DNA of 64,000 nt from Macrostomum hystrix (lineage: Eukaryota; Animalia; Platyhelminthes): the NCBI GenBank assembly GCA_950097015.1, contig CATNEN010000001.1:18724001-18788000 (forward strand), in the 5' to 3' direction. Position numbers and translations under genes: made by a program. The notes under the pieces are model-generated. The model did not search any database. It had not been told where the DNA came from and saw only the letters and a list, made by a program, of their open reading frames with translations. How positions within the stretch are numbered: the stretch's first letter is position 1; every line of letters starts with the position of its first letter. Shown here piece after piece: positions 38,301-51,829 of the stretch.

Positions 38301-41300
38301 AGCTCAGATCACACAGCTGCTCTGTGTCTCCATCTCTCATGGCCATGTCGGCCATGTCGCACTGGCTCTCACACTTATGAATGATGAGCGATTCAGCAGA
38401 GAACATGTCGATCTGCCAGACAGCACTGGAGCCACTGCTCTCATGCTGGCAGCTGATGCAGGTCATCACGAGCTCATCGAGAAACTGTTGGATCTCGGCG
38501 CATCAGTGCATGCTGAAGACAGTCACGGTCGGAATTCTCTGTCGCGAGCTTGTGAAGCGGGTCACGTGCGAGCAGCCAAGATTCTGATGGACAGAGGAGC
38601 GGATGCGAATCATCCAGACGGTCGGGGACTGACGTGTGCGCAGGTGGCAGAGCGAGCTGGACAGGAACAAATCCTTCGAATGCTTGTTCCTCATATTTTC
38701 AAGTGAGTTTGGCTCTAAAGCTTATTTTTAGACACCTAGCTGGCCCCTGAGACAAAAATACTCAACGATTATCCAAAGCTGTCTAATATCCTAACGAACA
38801 TTACTACGTCAAGCGCATTTTTCGAGTAATTGCAATTACCACTTTGAAGATAATTACAATCGTATACAATTTTAACAATGCGTACCTGAAGTTAGTTAAC
38901 GTTAACATCTAGTTTGTCTTTCAAAAGTTTCACGTAAGGTACCAAACAATTTTCTTTTTTAGCCAATCGGCCTCTAACTCTGAGACTGCAGTTTGCCAGG
39001 CTTCCGTTCAATCTTTGTGAGTTCATTATAGCTTGAAATATACAGTAGCGAACCCATCCAATATCATCGTAGTTATTCTACTCAAAAGAGCTGGTTTACA
39101 AAAGCTTGTTGAACATATTAATAGGGTCGTCGACGATCCACAATTTGACAAGCAGCTCAGTGCGGACCTGCACCGAGTGCTCAACAAAGCGGGTTTCACC
39201 CAGGAAAGAGCGGAGTGCCAGCAGAGAATGGCTGACTGGCTGGAGGAGGTTGCTCGAGAATTCACCCAGGATGACAGGCGCATGACAGGCAGCTTTGCTG
39301 AAGGTTGGGTCAACAATTTGAAGCAAGTGAATGGCAGAACCGGGCCGGACTCTGACATGGATTGGACTGTTCTAGCTTCTGAACTAGAATGGCACCTGGA
39401 AAGCTGCTGCAGAGGAAAGCTGCACAAGTGCAAGAATGCAGCCAGGCTACAGATCGAAGGCGGCCATGCCAAAGTAGCTGTAGGAGCTGGTGAGTGGAGA
39501 CTGCTGATGTGAATTGAGTTTCTCGCACGGCTAGCTTGGTGCTTGAAACTGCAATCAATTGGTTTTTTAACCAAAGAATCTTAAAATAATTGGTTATATA
39601 ATTACGAGTCTTATAATAATTTACTCAGTTAGTTTAGTTGTAAACCAAGACCATTCAATCATATCAATACCTATTTCGTTGATATCAATGTCCATCTGTA
39701 AATAAGATACCAAAGCCTAGTGTCCAAAGTATCCATTGAAACCCCACAGGCAGTCAGCCAGCCATAAGTGCTGCGGCATGCGGCATGCGGCCTGCTGAGG
39801 ACATGTGTCGCGCCATCAGGTGCTGCAGCGGATTCCGCGACTGCCGAATGGAGAAGCTCGACAATGGAAACCTGGTCGAAAATGAAATTCATCTCGTGAG
39901 AGCAACTAGGCCGAATTTCTCAGACGAGCTCAGAATGAGCATTAGTTTCGACGAAAAGGCAATCATTCGCCAGTTAAGCACAGTTCAAGGACAGTTGTAC
40001 GCGATTATCAAATTTATATTCAAGAAATATTTGTCCGTGCAACTCAAAACACCAGGACTGAAGACCTACCACGCCAAGACTCTGCTCTTCTTCATGCTGG
40101 AGCGGCATGGTCTACATAATTACTTGGCTTGGAAACCTGAGAATCTCATTGCTTTGCTCAAAGAATCAATCGACAAGATGCTAGAATTCACAGGCTCGAA
40201 GCGATCTCCCGATGAGTGCATGCCGCACTTCGCCATACCCGACGCTCCGCTGTACTTTAAGAATGCTGGCGTGGGCGGGGATTTCGATAATACAAAGGTT
40301 CGGATCAGAGATCATCTTCAACTGTTGAGAAGGGACACCGCAGGCTCCATTGTTGCGCAGCTCAGTAAATTCACGGCACCACTGCAGTGTGAGAAGTTCT
40401 TCTTCCATCCATTCACGCTTCTGCCGCTGGAAATGCCGCCGGCTGTCAATACCGTCAGGGCCGACTACGTGAAACGCATGCTGGATTCATACAGCCTTGT
40501 GTTTCAATGCGTTAGGGATCTGCAGTGTGACTCTGTCGACCGGGACATCCTGGTGAGCCAGCTCCAGCTTCTTCATCAGCAGAAATGGTGCGAGAGCGCT
40601 TCGCTATGCTTGACGGCCATGTCGAAGCTGAAGTTCGGCGATGCTTCGGAAGCCAAGGAGCTACTAATGCAACAGCAACACCACACCTTCCAAGTTGGAT
40701 TTAAATCGTCTGATTTCAGTTTGAGATCCAGAGAATTTCCAAATTCTTGTAGAGTTGAATTACCTTTGGATTCGGACTGGGCGTGGAGGTTCTGCCTCCC
40801 CGCAGACACTCCGCCTCGATTCACATTCCTTCCTGAGTTCACTCAGACTCTGCTCACAGCCAGACTGTCACAGCCTCGCTCCTCCCACCTGTACGTGAAC
40901 TTCCGCTGCCTGAGCTGGAGTCTCCAAGCTGAGCTGCTCCACGATCTCACCACAATCGACCTTGATACGTGGCTCTCAGAGCTGCAAGAGGACCCGGACT
41001 TGGAGGAGCTGCTCACTCTGGCTCACTACAGCGACCAAGTTGAGCACGTGGAGTTCAGCTTGCGGCAGATGGAGATGCTCAGAGACGAGAGACGCGTCGC
41101 CATGGAGACGCAGGACTTTGAGAAGATCCGCTGGGTCAGAGAGAAGCTGCGGAGAGTGTCAAACCGAAGAGGCAGTGACTCCAGTGCAGAGAACGAGGAG
41201 CGGAAGTTGTGGGCACGGGCCAGACTCTGGCGGACTGCAGCAGACTTCGGACGACTTGTTGCCATGGAGACGATAGAGGAACAGAGAGTGTCCTGGATTC

Positions 41301-41338
41301 ATGCTAGACTGCAGCGTTTCGCCAAGTGTGCACTTTGA
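35365..41338 (+). CDS. Ankyrin-like solenoid + Mab-21/cGAS-like nucleotidyltransferase (cGLR), 3 coding exons, ~1775 aa
   Basis: Exons 35365-38702, 39089-39489, 39750-41338 join in phase at GT-AG sites. About 25 33-aa helical repeats, then canonical ANK repeats (GATALMLAADAGHHELIEKLL; GRNSLSRACEAGHVRAAKILM), NTase TGSFAEG..DSDMD, and Mab-21 RMSISFDEK..LKTYHAKTLLFFMLE..MPHF. Probable 5'UTR intron 35058-35226. Confidence 0.85.
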
Positions 41339-42189
41339 ACTATTCGACCAAGGTACCGTTCCAATCAACTGCGTCGTTTTTTCGGTAATTTACCAAGTAC
41401 TAATATTGTAGACTTTTTACTATCTGCTTCACTGACATACTTACTCTCTGCTATGCACGAATTTTTATGCATTTTTTTACTTGGTATATTTAACAAGAAG
41501 TGGAATTTTTTATATCTGTTCAAAATTACTCATCGCTTCTTACTCTCAGTAGCGTGAAGGCATGAAAGAAAATGATCTTCGATTAAGTTGCGTTGCGTTG
41601 CAGACAGCAACAAAGTAGGAAAAATTAAAATTAAAAACAAGGGAGCTCTTGAGTCCTGTTAGACGATACGAAGTTGTCCACCAGAAGTTCGTAAAATTTG
41701 GCTGCAGAAACATATTATAGGCCAATTGCTGAAAATCAGAAAACGATGTTTGACTATCGATGCCGAAAAATTATAATATACGTTAACTTTCCTAGTTTTA
41801 CTGTCGTCTGGTTATTTTCTAACTTAATCATCGTCTGCGTTTTCTGTTGGCCAGCTTTCCTCCAGCTTTATAGTTTTTTAGGATTTTTAAACAAACTAGA
41901 TTTTAAACAAAATGCTTACCCTTCTATTTAAAGTTCATCAATTCGTAATTTCTAATGTAAATAACCAATCGATCAGTTTTTATTGCTGAAAGACACTTAG
42001 AATATCCCATCTATCGAACAAGTCTGATAGCAGTACAAAAAATATACGAGTACATAATATAAAAACTAGAAAACTGAACTACATTTTTTGTCGGTTTCTA
42101 TAAGACACTCGGTTTGTTTGCTTCACCTTGGAGTATCTATTTTAACTTTAACCATTAGTTTAAAAAATTAACGAAATCAACAGTTTTGT

Positions 42190-42870
42190 TGGACGAAATG
42201 CATCGTCTTATAAAGCATAACCATGTGCACCTAGTGAGGTCAACCAAAACGAACTCGACAAACGAGCTCAGAGTGAGCTTCAGCTCCCATGAGAGTGATG
42301 CCATGAGACAACTGAGCACAGTCCAGGGTCTGATGAGCTCTTCACGATCATTAAGTACATTTTCACTTGCCACTCACTTTGGACACACCTGGACTCAGAA
42401 TCTGATCTCATCGACTGAGCTTCATCGACTCAAGCAGCTCACCCGATGAGTGCATGCCGCGAGGGCGAGGGTTCGAGACAGAGCTTAGAAGCGACATCGG
42501 GAGAGTGGTTGAGCAGATGAGGAGACTCCTGTAGTCAGAGAATTTCTGCTCTCACCCGTTCACTCTGCTGCCACTCACAGCGCGCTACCATTAGTCACTG
42601 AGCTGAAGCCATATTACTTTGAAGAGTGCACGAATGGTGCAGCAGTGCATGGCCGAGCTGCAGTCAGGGTCATGTGACAGAGACACCCTGATGAGGCAAC
42701 TCAGTCTGCTGGATCAGCTGCGGTGGTGCAAGTGCGCTGCCCTGAGCATGACTGCCATGGCGGCGCATCTGAAGTTCGGATACTCCGAGGAGGCTGAGAG
42801 ACTCCTGATGGAGCTGCGAGGTCACAAATGCCAACATCGACTGAGTACAGAGGAGGTCAGAAAAGTACAG
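42190..42870 (+). pseudogene. Internally deleted paralogue of the adjacent Mab-21/cGLR domain
   Basis: HVHLVRSTKTNSTNELRVSFS..RQLSTVQG, SSPDECMP, HPFTLLPL and DRDTLMRQLSLL..WCK..TAM..LKFG are collinear with 39785-41338. Confidence 0.85.
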
Positions 42871-43259
42871 TCCGTCAGTCCGTTTGGCGTTATCTTCACT
42901 ATCATTGTAATATAAGCGATAATCATTGTCTTAGCCGTGATTATAAGTTTAGCTCATCACAGTCACCCCTGCCATGAAATGAGTTCCTGAATTTGAAATA
43001 AGACAAAGACAATTATTCAGATGCAACGGAGTTCGTTGACTTTCACATTTTTTATTTCAAAACATAAATTTGTGGGCTAGCTCACAAAATATAAAACTTA
43101 AAAAAATCGTTCAAAAATTTGCACTTAAAGTAAAAAAACATTTTAGCAACAGAAACGAATTGAAAATAAAAAGCTTGTTGCAGATTTAACTAGCTAATGA
43201 GAGTTTACTTTTGTATTCATATAAATAGCTTAAGCAGACGGGCTTGGTACTGACTGGGA

Positions 43260-43810
43260 GACAGAGTGACAGAGCGAGTGACACAGAGAGTGACAGAGCG
43301 AGTGAAACAGAGAGTGACAGAAGCGAGTGAAACAGAGTGACAGGAGCGAGTGAAACAGAGAGTGACAGGAGCGAGTGAAACAGAGAGTGACAGAGGGAGT
43401 GAAACAGAGAGTTACAGAGCGAGTGAAACAGAGAGTGACAGAGGGAGTGAAACAGAGAGTGACAGAGCGAGTGAAACAGAGAGTGACAGGAGCGAGTGAA
43501 ACAGATAGTGACAGAGCGAGTGAAACAGAGAGTGACAGAGGGAGTGAAACAGAGAGTGACAGAAGCGAGTGAAACAGAGAGTGACAGAGGGAGTGAAACA
43601 GAGAGTGACAGGAGCGAGTGAAACAGAGAGTGACAGAAGCGAGTGAAACAGAGAGTGACAGAGGGAGTGAAACAGAGAGTGACAGGAGCGAGTGAAACAG
43701 AGAGTGACAGAGGGAGTGAAACAGAGAGTGACAGGAGCGAGTGAAACAGAGAGTGACAGAGGGAGTGAAACAGAGAGTGACAGAGGGAGTGAAACAGAGA
43801 GTGACAGAGG
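43260..43810. repeat. ~24-bp minisatellite (gagtgaaacagagagtgacagag[c/g])
   Basis: Tandem units. Confidence 0.95.
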
Positions 43811-44901
43811 AAAGCAGGTGAAAGTAGGACCTCACAAAGCCGCAAGTATTTCAAAAAGCCAAGTGAATTAACAATGAGAAAATGAAATTTAGAATACAGA
43901 AGCGAAAAATGTCGGAACCATTGATTCTGAAAACTGCCTTGTAAATAGTCACACTCAGTCTAGTCTAGGCACTGAATACAGCACCGTTCTAGCAATCATA
44001 ATTAATGCAGTCTACGATACACAAAGGCATTAAGACATGGAATCAGATGCGGTGGAAACACGACTGTTCAAAATGTGTACATGCGCTAATTGAGTAATGG
44101 ATGTTGAGCAGTCAAAAGTAGGCACAAAAGATTCACAAGTTGAGTAGATCCTCAAGCAGCTAACAGAAAATATGCTCAGTGGATTGGCAAAAAGGTAACA
44201 AGCATTTGACACTGGGAGAATTTCATGATCCGTAAATAACTAATGTAGATTTTAATGTAGATAACAATATAATAATAACAGAAAAATTGCTATCGAATTC
44301 TTAGTAGCTTACTGTAAGTAGAGTAGTTTGCGCACAAAAAGGCTGATTAGAAAAACTATAAAAACAGGCAGAACTGCACATAATCGCCGGATAATTCCAA
44401 GCTTTTGCACTCGAATGCAGTAGGAGAGACCGGAAGAAGCTTTGATTTTTACAGGGGTGAACAAGGGAGCAGCTGTACATATTGGATGTTTCAAGTACAG
44501 TAAAATACGACCAATTGTTTGGTTGATGCATGAGTAAATGTAAAAGATGGCAAAGCGAATGTACAGCCAGAATGTTTCTATAAAATAGGGCCAATTCCTA
44601 AATGATTTTTTTTCTAAATTCTACGTGGTTATCCGATACGTGGTTAAACCCGGAAAACTCGTAAAATCGTAAATTTACGTAAGAACACCGGAAAAAAACA
44701 CTTATCCCGGAAAATGCCCAGAAATGCTATGCTAGAACTAGGTTTTTGTTACCACGATCAGAACTAAATCTCGCACACTGTCATAAAAGTTTAGTTAACA
44801 AATTAACTATCTGATTGATTGCAAGGTCGGCAAGATCAACTATTGGATGACTCCGTGGCTTAATTAGCTAGACTGCCCAAAGTGCTCAAAGTGGCTCAGT
44901 C

Positions 44902-47672
44902 TCAAGCGAGCTCCTGAGCCAGCTTGTTCACTCGCTCCAGGCCCTCCATGTAGCTGAAAAGCCGCATTAGGCAGTCCTGCTCGGCCGGAGACACTTTGGA
45001 GCCGGCAGCAGCTATGGAAGGCAGAGTGTGTCTGAAGATGGCTTCGGACATGCTCACAATGCCGGAGCGGAAGTACGACTCCAGACGGCGCAGCTGCCGC
45101 CGGAGCTGACTGTTGTCAATCTGGCTGAGCGCCTCCTTGAGCGGAGAGCTGTGACTGCCGAGACCGTTTGACAGCAAAGCGCTACCGCCGGCGTTGTGAC
45201 TGTGGCTGTTGTTGTTGTTGCTGTTGGTGGCTGCCAATGAAAACAGGCTCGGAGGCTGCTGAGGTGGCGGTGGCGGCGGCGGAGGATTGAAGATGGGATT
45301 ATAAGGTGCAGATGGATTGAATCCGAGCTGTTGCTGATGCTGATGCTGCTGCTGCTGCTGCTGCTGATGCTGCTGCTGAGATCCTAGGCTACCACTGAGT
45401 GCTAAGGCTAGGAGAGCCTTTTGTGTCTGGCTGTCAATAGCCTGCTGCTGCATCAGCTGCGACTCTGAGACAACTGGCATAGTCTTCAGGCCCCCCATGA
45501 GTGACATGGGAGGTGTGCTCATTGAGCAGTTGTTTGCTGAGATTGCCTGTAGCGAGGCCTGTGACGATTGGAAATTGCTGTGAAGACCAGCTGCCGCTGC
45601 CAGTGCCTGAGGATCGGAGACGGTGGGCCGCGTGAGATGCGTTTCCCCGAGACAAAATAAGCCTGACCCATTATTTAGAGCACACTAGCTGTTCAGAGTA
45701 AACTCAAGCCCCGAACACACACCTGAAGTCCTCCAGCACCGCCGGAGTCGCCGCCAGCTCCGTCCAGAGCTGCCGGGGCTGCTGGGCCGCCTAGGGAGTC
45801 GGACAGGCGCTGCTGAATGCTGGCCAGATCCTCCAGCGATTCGTGCCGCGCCCGCTTGGCGAAGGAGCCCAGCAGCAGGGAGGAGTCGCGATACGGTCCG
45901 TCGTTGCTGCGCGACAGTCTCGAGTCATCGTCGGCGGCGTCAACAGCTGAGACCTCGGATTCTCCAATGACCGAGTCGCAACCGTCGGCGCAGCCACCGT
46001 TCTCTGACATCGAGAGCTGCTGCTGCCGGCGGCGCTCCCGGCGGCGACGCAGCAGGGCGCTGCTCTTCAAAGACAGGCCGCCAGCGTCGGCTGGCTGCTC
46101 CGCGGTGTCCTTCTCGGCTGCTACGCCGGTGGCGTCGCTGGATGAGACCGACAGCCTGGTGACGGGCCACTTGATGATCACCTGGTTGGTTGGCGACGAT
46201 TAAACTAAGTTTGGAGTCATTAATTCTAGGGAGCCCTAACCCCAAATCCCTGGGAATCCTAAAAACTGATTCTCTGAAACATTAATCCAATGCAATATGA
46301 TTTCCCCAGATGCAGCAACGCAGACTCACCTGAGTAGGTGTACCCGGGCTGCTAAAGTCACCCCTGAAGAACTCCTCCTTGCCAGTCGGCGGGTGATTGT
46401 GAAACCGCCGGGCGTCCACCTGGCGGACGGAGAGCAGGCGGGGTCCCAGGCTGATGGCCGTGGCAGAGCAGAAGCGCTTGCTGCAGCGCCAGAATACCCG
46501 GCCGTCCTTGCCAGCGCGGCTCTCCGTCATCTTGTAGCCGTCAATCACAATGCTGGTCTTGTTCTTCCTGGTGATGTCCCATTTCACGTTAACCAGGCCG
46601 CGGGTCTCCTTGCAGGACCGCTCGACCTCCACGCTGGCGACGCTGTGAGAGGATGAGCAGCTTACTGCTGACTGCGGCTCCTGCGTGGAAATTGGGATTA
46701 TTTAATTCGTTCAGCGATCCACCACAGGGATATTATACCGAATAAATTTGAAATGCTTCTTAAATCCTAAAATTAATTCCGAAAATTTCCCGATCCTTAA
46801 TCTATGAGATCCTAATCGTTAATCCATCAAATCCCAATCATTAATCCATCAGATCCCAATCGTTAATCCATCAAATCCTAATCCTTAATCCATCAGATCC
46901 CAATCCTTAATCCATCAGATCCCAATCCTTAATCCATCAGATCCCAATCTTTAATCCATCAGATCCCAATCTTTAATCCATCAAAACCCAATCCTTAATC
47001 CATCAAATCCCAATCATTAATCCATCAGATCCCAATCATTAATCCATCAAATCGCAATCATTAATCCATCAGATCCCAATCATTAATCCATCAAATCCCA
47101 ATCATTAATCCATAAAATCCCAATTATTAATCCAACAAATCCCAATCCTTAATCCATCAGATCCCAATCCTTAATCCATCAAATCCCAATCATTAATCCA
47201 TCAGATCCCAATCCTTAATCCATCAGATCCCAATCATTAATCCATCAAATCCCAATCCCGCATCAAACGCATATCTCACCATTTTCCCCAGCAGCTCAGA
47301 GTGCGGCAAATTTTCGCCTCCAGATGCGGATGACGGCTGCTGCTGCTGCGGTGGCGGGGTCCGGAAAGCGCACGGCTCAGGCACTGAGCAGGGGCTGGCA
47401 GTGGACTTCTCAGCCTCATCGTGATACTCCTCATCTTCTGCCTCAGCGTCGCGAGCTTCCTCGGTTGCTCCGGCCTCCGCTTTGGGCTGCTCATCATCAG
47501 CTGCCGGGCCTTCACCCTCGATGTCGACGACCTCGTCTTCGCCTGAGCGAGCGACCACTTCGGATTCGAAATCCGATTCCGAATATCGCCGCTTCATCTT
47601 CTTCTTCTGTTGTTGTTGCTGCAGCTGCTGCTGCTCCAAGTCTATTTCAGGGGCTTCTTCAACGGTGGACAT
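44902..47672 (-). CDS. FLYWCH-type zinc-finger protein with polyQ/acidic regions, 4 exons, ~635 aa
   Basis: Exons 47672-47280, 46680-46330, 46181-45723, 45606-44902, in phase at GT-AG sites. TRKNKTSIVIDGYKM..VFWRCSKRFCSATA..HNHPP is a FLYWCH motif. The last acceptor was chosen by reading frame. Confidence 0.75.
46810..47258. repeat. 21-bp intronic minisatellite (atcccaatcattaatccatca)
   Basis: Tandem units in intron 1 of the FLYWCH gene. Confidence 0.93.
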
Positions 47673-48808
47673 TAGTATCCTAAAATATCTATTTGCATAT
47701 GAGTGGGGGCGCCAAATTGCTTAAGAACGGAGACAGGCTCACGCAGAAAGCAGAACCTGATAGATAAGACTTATCTTTCTCTTAACTAATAAGTTTAGCC
47801 CCAAAGTAGCTTTTATAGGAAATCTATCTAGGCCCGTTTGAAAGGGTCGGCGGCGTTTTTTAATAGGGGGTGGCGGGTGGTAGGGTTTAACAGGCTGGGT
47901 AATCCTTGAGGGCACTGTGTGTGCGAAGATATGACCGTTTTATACGCACACACACAGACAACCCCAAAAACAAGGGAGAGAGGGAGACGGAGAGATAAAG
48001 TGACGAAGAAGTGACGAAGGGGTGGCGGGGGCAAAAGAGGGAGAGAGAATCAAACCTCTCGCCCACCCCTCCTCCTCCTGAAGGGGCCCCAGCGCCAATG
48101 GCTATAATTGGAAGCTAAAATTTAACCCCAAAACATCCACCCCCAGGCCCCGAGCCAAATCCATACGCCACCGCTAACCCCGTTTGGGCCATGAAGGCTT
48201 AGCCTTAGCCCATGATATTTTATATAATACTGGCTACACCAATGGCAATTTAGCAAAGCACGCGCGTCACGGGTGAGCAGGACGGGAGGGTTAGTTATCA
48301 TGAGTGTGCAATTCTCGCTGTATGCTAGCTATGTCCTGTGTTTAGGCGTGTGTGTGTGTTTCGGGGAGGGTCGTTGATTAGGACAAAGACCGGCGCGTCA
48401 ATAAACCCGGAACGCACCCGGCACACAGGCCGGAATTTTTTTCTAGCTAAAGCTCTTCATTGGTCCAGTCGGATCTAAAATTTTCGACTGGAGTGACGGG
48501 GTGCTACACAGCCGAGGCCTGTCCTAACCATAGCAATTCTCAGAAGGAAGTTCTTTGTTTGAGAAATTTGTGCTTGTCCTAGCGGTACGAGTTAGGTACA
48601 AGGAAACGAAAGTAGCTAATTGATAGTTAGTAGCGCTAAAACTAGACTACAACTAACGCTCTGGGAGATTAAAAGAACAAAGACAGAAGGCATGGAAGTA
48701 GTTTTTTATTCAGTTTATTTTAATGAGCTTAAAATAATTCTATAACGACTATTTAAACCCTTTTGATTTTGCCAGCTAATCTAAATCATGTTTATCACAT
48801 AAGTAGAA

Positions 48809-51202
48809 CATGTTAGACACAAGTCTAACCTGTTAGACACAAGTCTAACCTGTTAGACACAAGTCTAACCTGTTTGACACAAGTCTAACCTGTTTGACAC
48901 AAGTCTAACCTGTTAGACACAAGTCTAACCTGTTTGACACAAGTCTAACCTGTTAGACACAAGTCTAACCTGTTTGACACAAGTCTAACCTGTTAGACAC
49001 AAGTCTAACCTGTTTGACACAAGTCTAACCTGTTTGACACAAATCTAACCTGTTTGACACCAGTCTAACCTGTTTGACACAAGTCTAACCTGTTTGACAC
49101 AAATCTAACCTGTTTGACACAAGTCTAACCTGTTAGACACAAATCTAACCTGTTTGACACCAGTCTAACCTGTTTGACACAAGTCTAACATGTTAGACAC
49201 AAGTCTAACCTGTTAGACACAAGTCTAACCTGTTTGACACAAATCGAACCTGTTTGACACAAGTCTAACCTGTTTGACACAAGTCTAACCTGTTTGACAC
49301 AAATCTAACCTGTTTGACACAAGTCTAACCTGTTAGACACAAATCTAACCTGTTTGACACCAGTCTAACCTGTTTGACACAAGTCTAACATGTTAGACAC
49401 AAGTCTAACCTGTTAGACACAAATCTAACCTGTTTGACACAAGTCTAACCTGTTTGACACAAGTCTAACCTGTTTGACACAAATCTAACCTGTTTGACAC
49501 AATCACAAAGCTGTTAGGCACAAGTCTAACCTTTTAGACACAAGTCTAACCTGTTAGACACAAATCTAACCTGTTTGACACAAATCTAACCTGTTTGACA
49601 CAAGTCTAACCTGTTTGACACCAGTCTAACCTGTTTGACACAAGTCTAACCTGTTTGACACAAGTCTAACCTGTTTGACACAAGTCTAACCTGTTTGACA
49701 CAAGTCTAACCTGTTTGACACAAGTCTAACCTGTTTGACACAAGTCTAACCTGTTTGACACAAGTCTAACCTGTAAGACACAGATCGAACCTGTTAGGCA
49801 CAAGTCTAACCTGTTTGACACAAGTCTAACCTGTTTGACACAAATCTAACCTGTTTGACACAAATCGAACCTGTTTGACACAAATCTAACCTGTTTGACA
49901 CAAGTCTAACCTGTTTGACACAAATCTAACCTGTTTGACACAATCACAAAGCTGTTAGGCACAAGTCTAACCTTTTAGACACAAGTCTAACCTGTTAGAC
50001 ACAAATCTAACCTGTTTGACACAAATCTAACCTGTTTGACACAAGTCTAACCTGTTTGACACCAGTCTAACCTGTTTGACACAAGTCTAACCTGTTTGAC
50101 ACAAGTCTAACCTGTTTGACACAAGTCTAACCTGTTTGACACAAGTCTAACCTGTTTGACACAAGTCTAACCTGTTTGACACAAGTCTAACCTGTTTGAC
50201 ACAAGTCTAACCTGTTTGACACAGATCGAACCTGTTAGGCACAAGTCTAACCTGTTTGACACAAGTCTAACCTGTTTGACACAAATCTAACCTGTTTGAC
50301 ACAAATCGAACCTGTTTGACACAAATCTAACCTGTTTGACACAAGTCTAACCTGTTTGACACAAATCTAACCTGTTTGACACAAATCTAACCTGTTTGAC
50401 ACAAGTCTAACCTGTTTGACACAAGTCTAACCTGTTTGACACAAATCTAACCTGTTTGACACAAGTCTAACCTGTTTGACACAAGTCTAACCTGTTTGAC
50501 ACAAGTCTAACCTGTTTGACACAAGTCTAACCTGTTTGACACAAGTCTAACCTGTAAGACACAGATCGAACCTGTTAGGCACAAGTCTAACCTGTTTGAC
50601 ACAAGTCTAACCTGTTTGACACAAATCTAACCTGTTTGACACAAATCGAACCTGTTTGACACAAATCTAACCTGTTTGACACAAGTCTAACCTGTTTGAC
50701 ACAAATCTAACCTGCTTGACACAAATCTAACCTGTTTGACACAAATCTAACCTGCTTGACACAAATCTAACCTGTTTGACACAAATCTAACCTGTTTGAC
50801 ACAATCACAAAGCTGTTAGGCACAAGTCTAACCTGTTAGACACAAGTCTAACCTGTTTGACACAAGTCTAACCTGTTTGACACAAGTCTAACCTGTTTGA
50901 CACAAGTCTAACCTGTTTGACACAAATCTAACCTGTTTGACACAAATCTAACCTGCTTGACACAAATCTAACCTGTTTGACACAAGTCTAACCTGTTTGA
51001 CACAAATCTAACCTGTTTGACACAAATCTAACCTGTTTGACACAAATCTAACCTGTTTGACACAAATCTAACCTGTTTGACACAAATCTAACCTGTTTGA
51101 CACAAATCTAACCTGTTTGACACAAATCTAACCTGTTTGACACAAATCTAACCTGTTTGACACAAATCTAACCTGTTTGACACAAATCTAACCTGTTAGA
51201 CA
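48809..51202. repeat. 20-bp satellite (cctgtt[t/a]gacacaa[g/a]tctaa)
   Basis: About 120 tandem units; variant blocks (aatcacaaagctgttaggc) recur at ~49500, ~49942 and ~50803. Confidence 0.97.
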
Positions 51203-51829
51203 TGACTCGAAACTGATTTCATACTTGTCGGAAATTATTAGAACCTGATTAGAACAAGTTCTTAACATTCCAGATGCAGCGCGTCACCAATGATTCACTA
51301 TCAACATCAAATCATTTCCTGTTTATCAATCTGTGCTACCTCACTGAATTCTACACTGTATAGAAGACAGCTGAAGTAGCACAGACGATGCATCCGGCAT
51401 GTCGGAAGTGGATCAGCGAAATGCCATCCGAAGCCCACGGCTGTATCAGTTTTGTACTAATGAGGCAGGCCAAGGAAAAGTGAAAGCTGCTACAACTGTG
51501 TTTATCATCAATTATTTCAATATCCACACACACACACACAAGTTGACAATGTATAGATTAAAAACAAACCGAAACTATGCACAGTCTTTGTGGCTTCGAC
51601 TTAATAACTCCATGCTGCAGATGCGGAATAAAAATACAAAACACCGGTATGCTTGTTTAACGCGAGTGTGACTCTAGTGAGGTGTGTGAGTTAAGGGTGG
51701 CACTCAGCTACAAAAGTGGATTCCCAATACGAGTAACTGCTGTTGGAGCAGGTAGGCATCGCAAATGGTTAAAATTATTCATCTGCACCATGCAGTGCCG
51801 CATTCAGCAAACCCAATGACCTTCCATTG

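Noticed and set aside
43186-43854. His/Cys-rich CHSLFHSL ORFs
   Set aside because: Translation of a 24-bp minisatellite.
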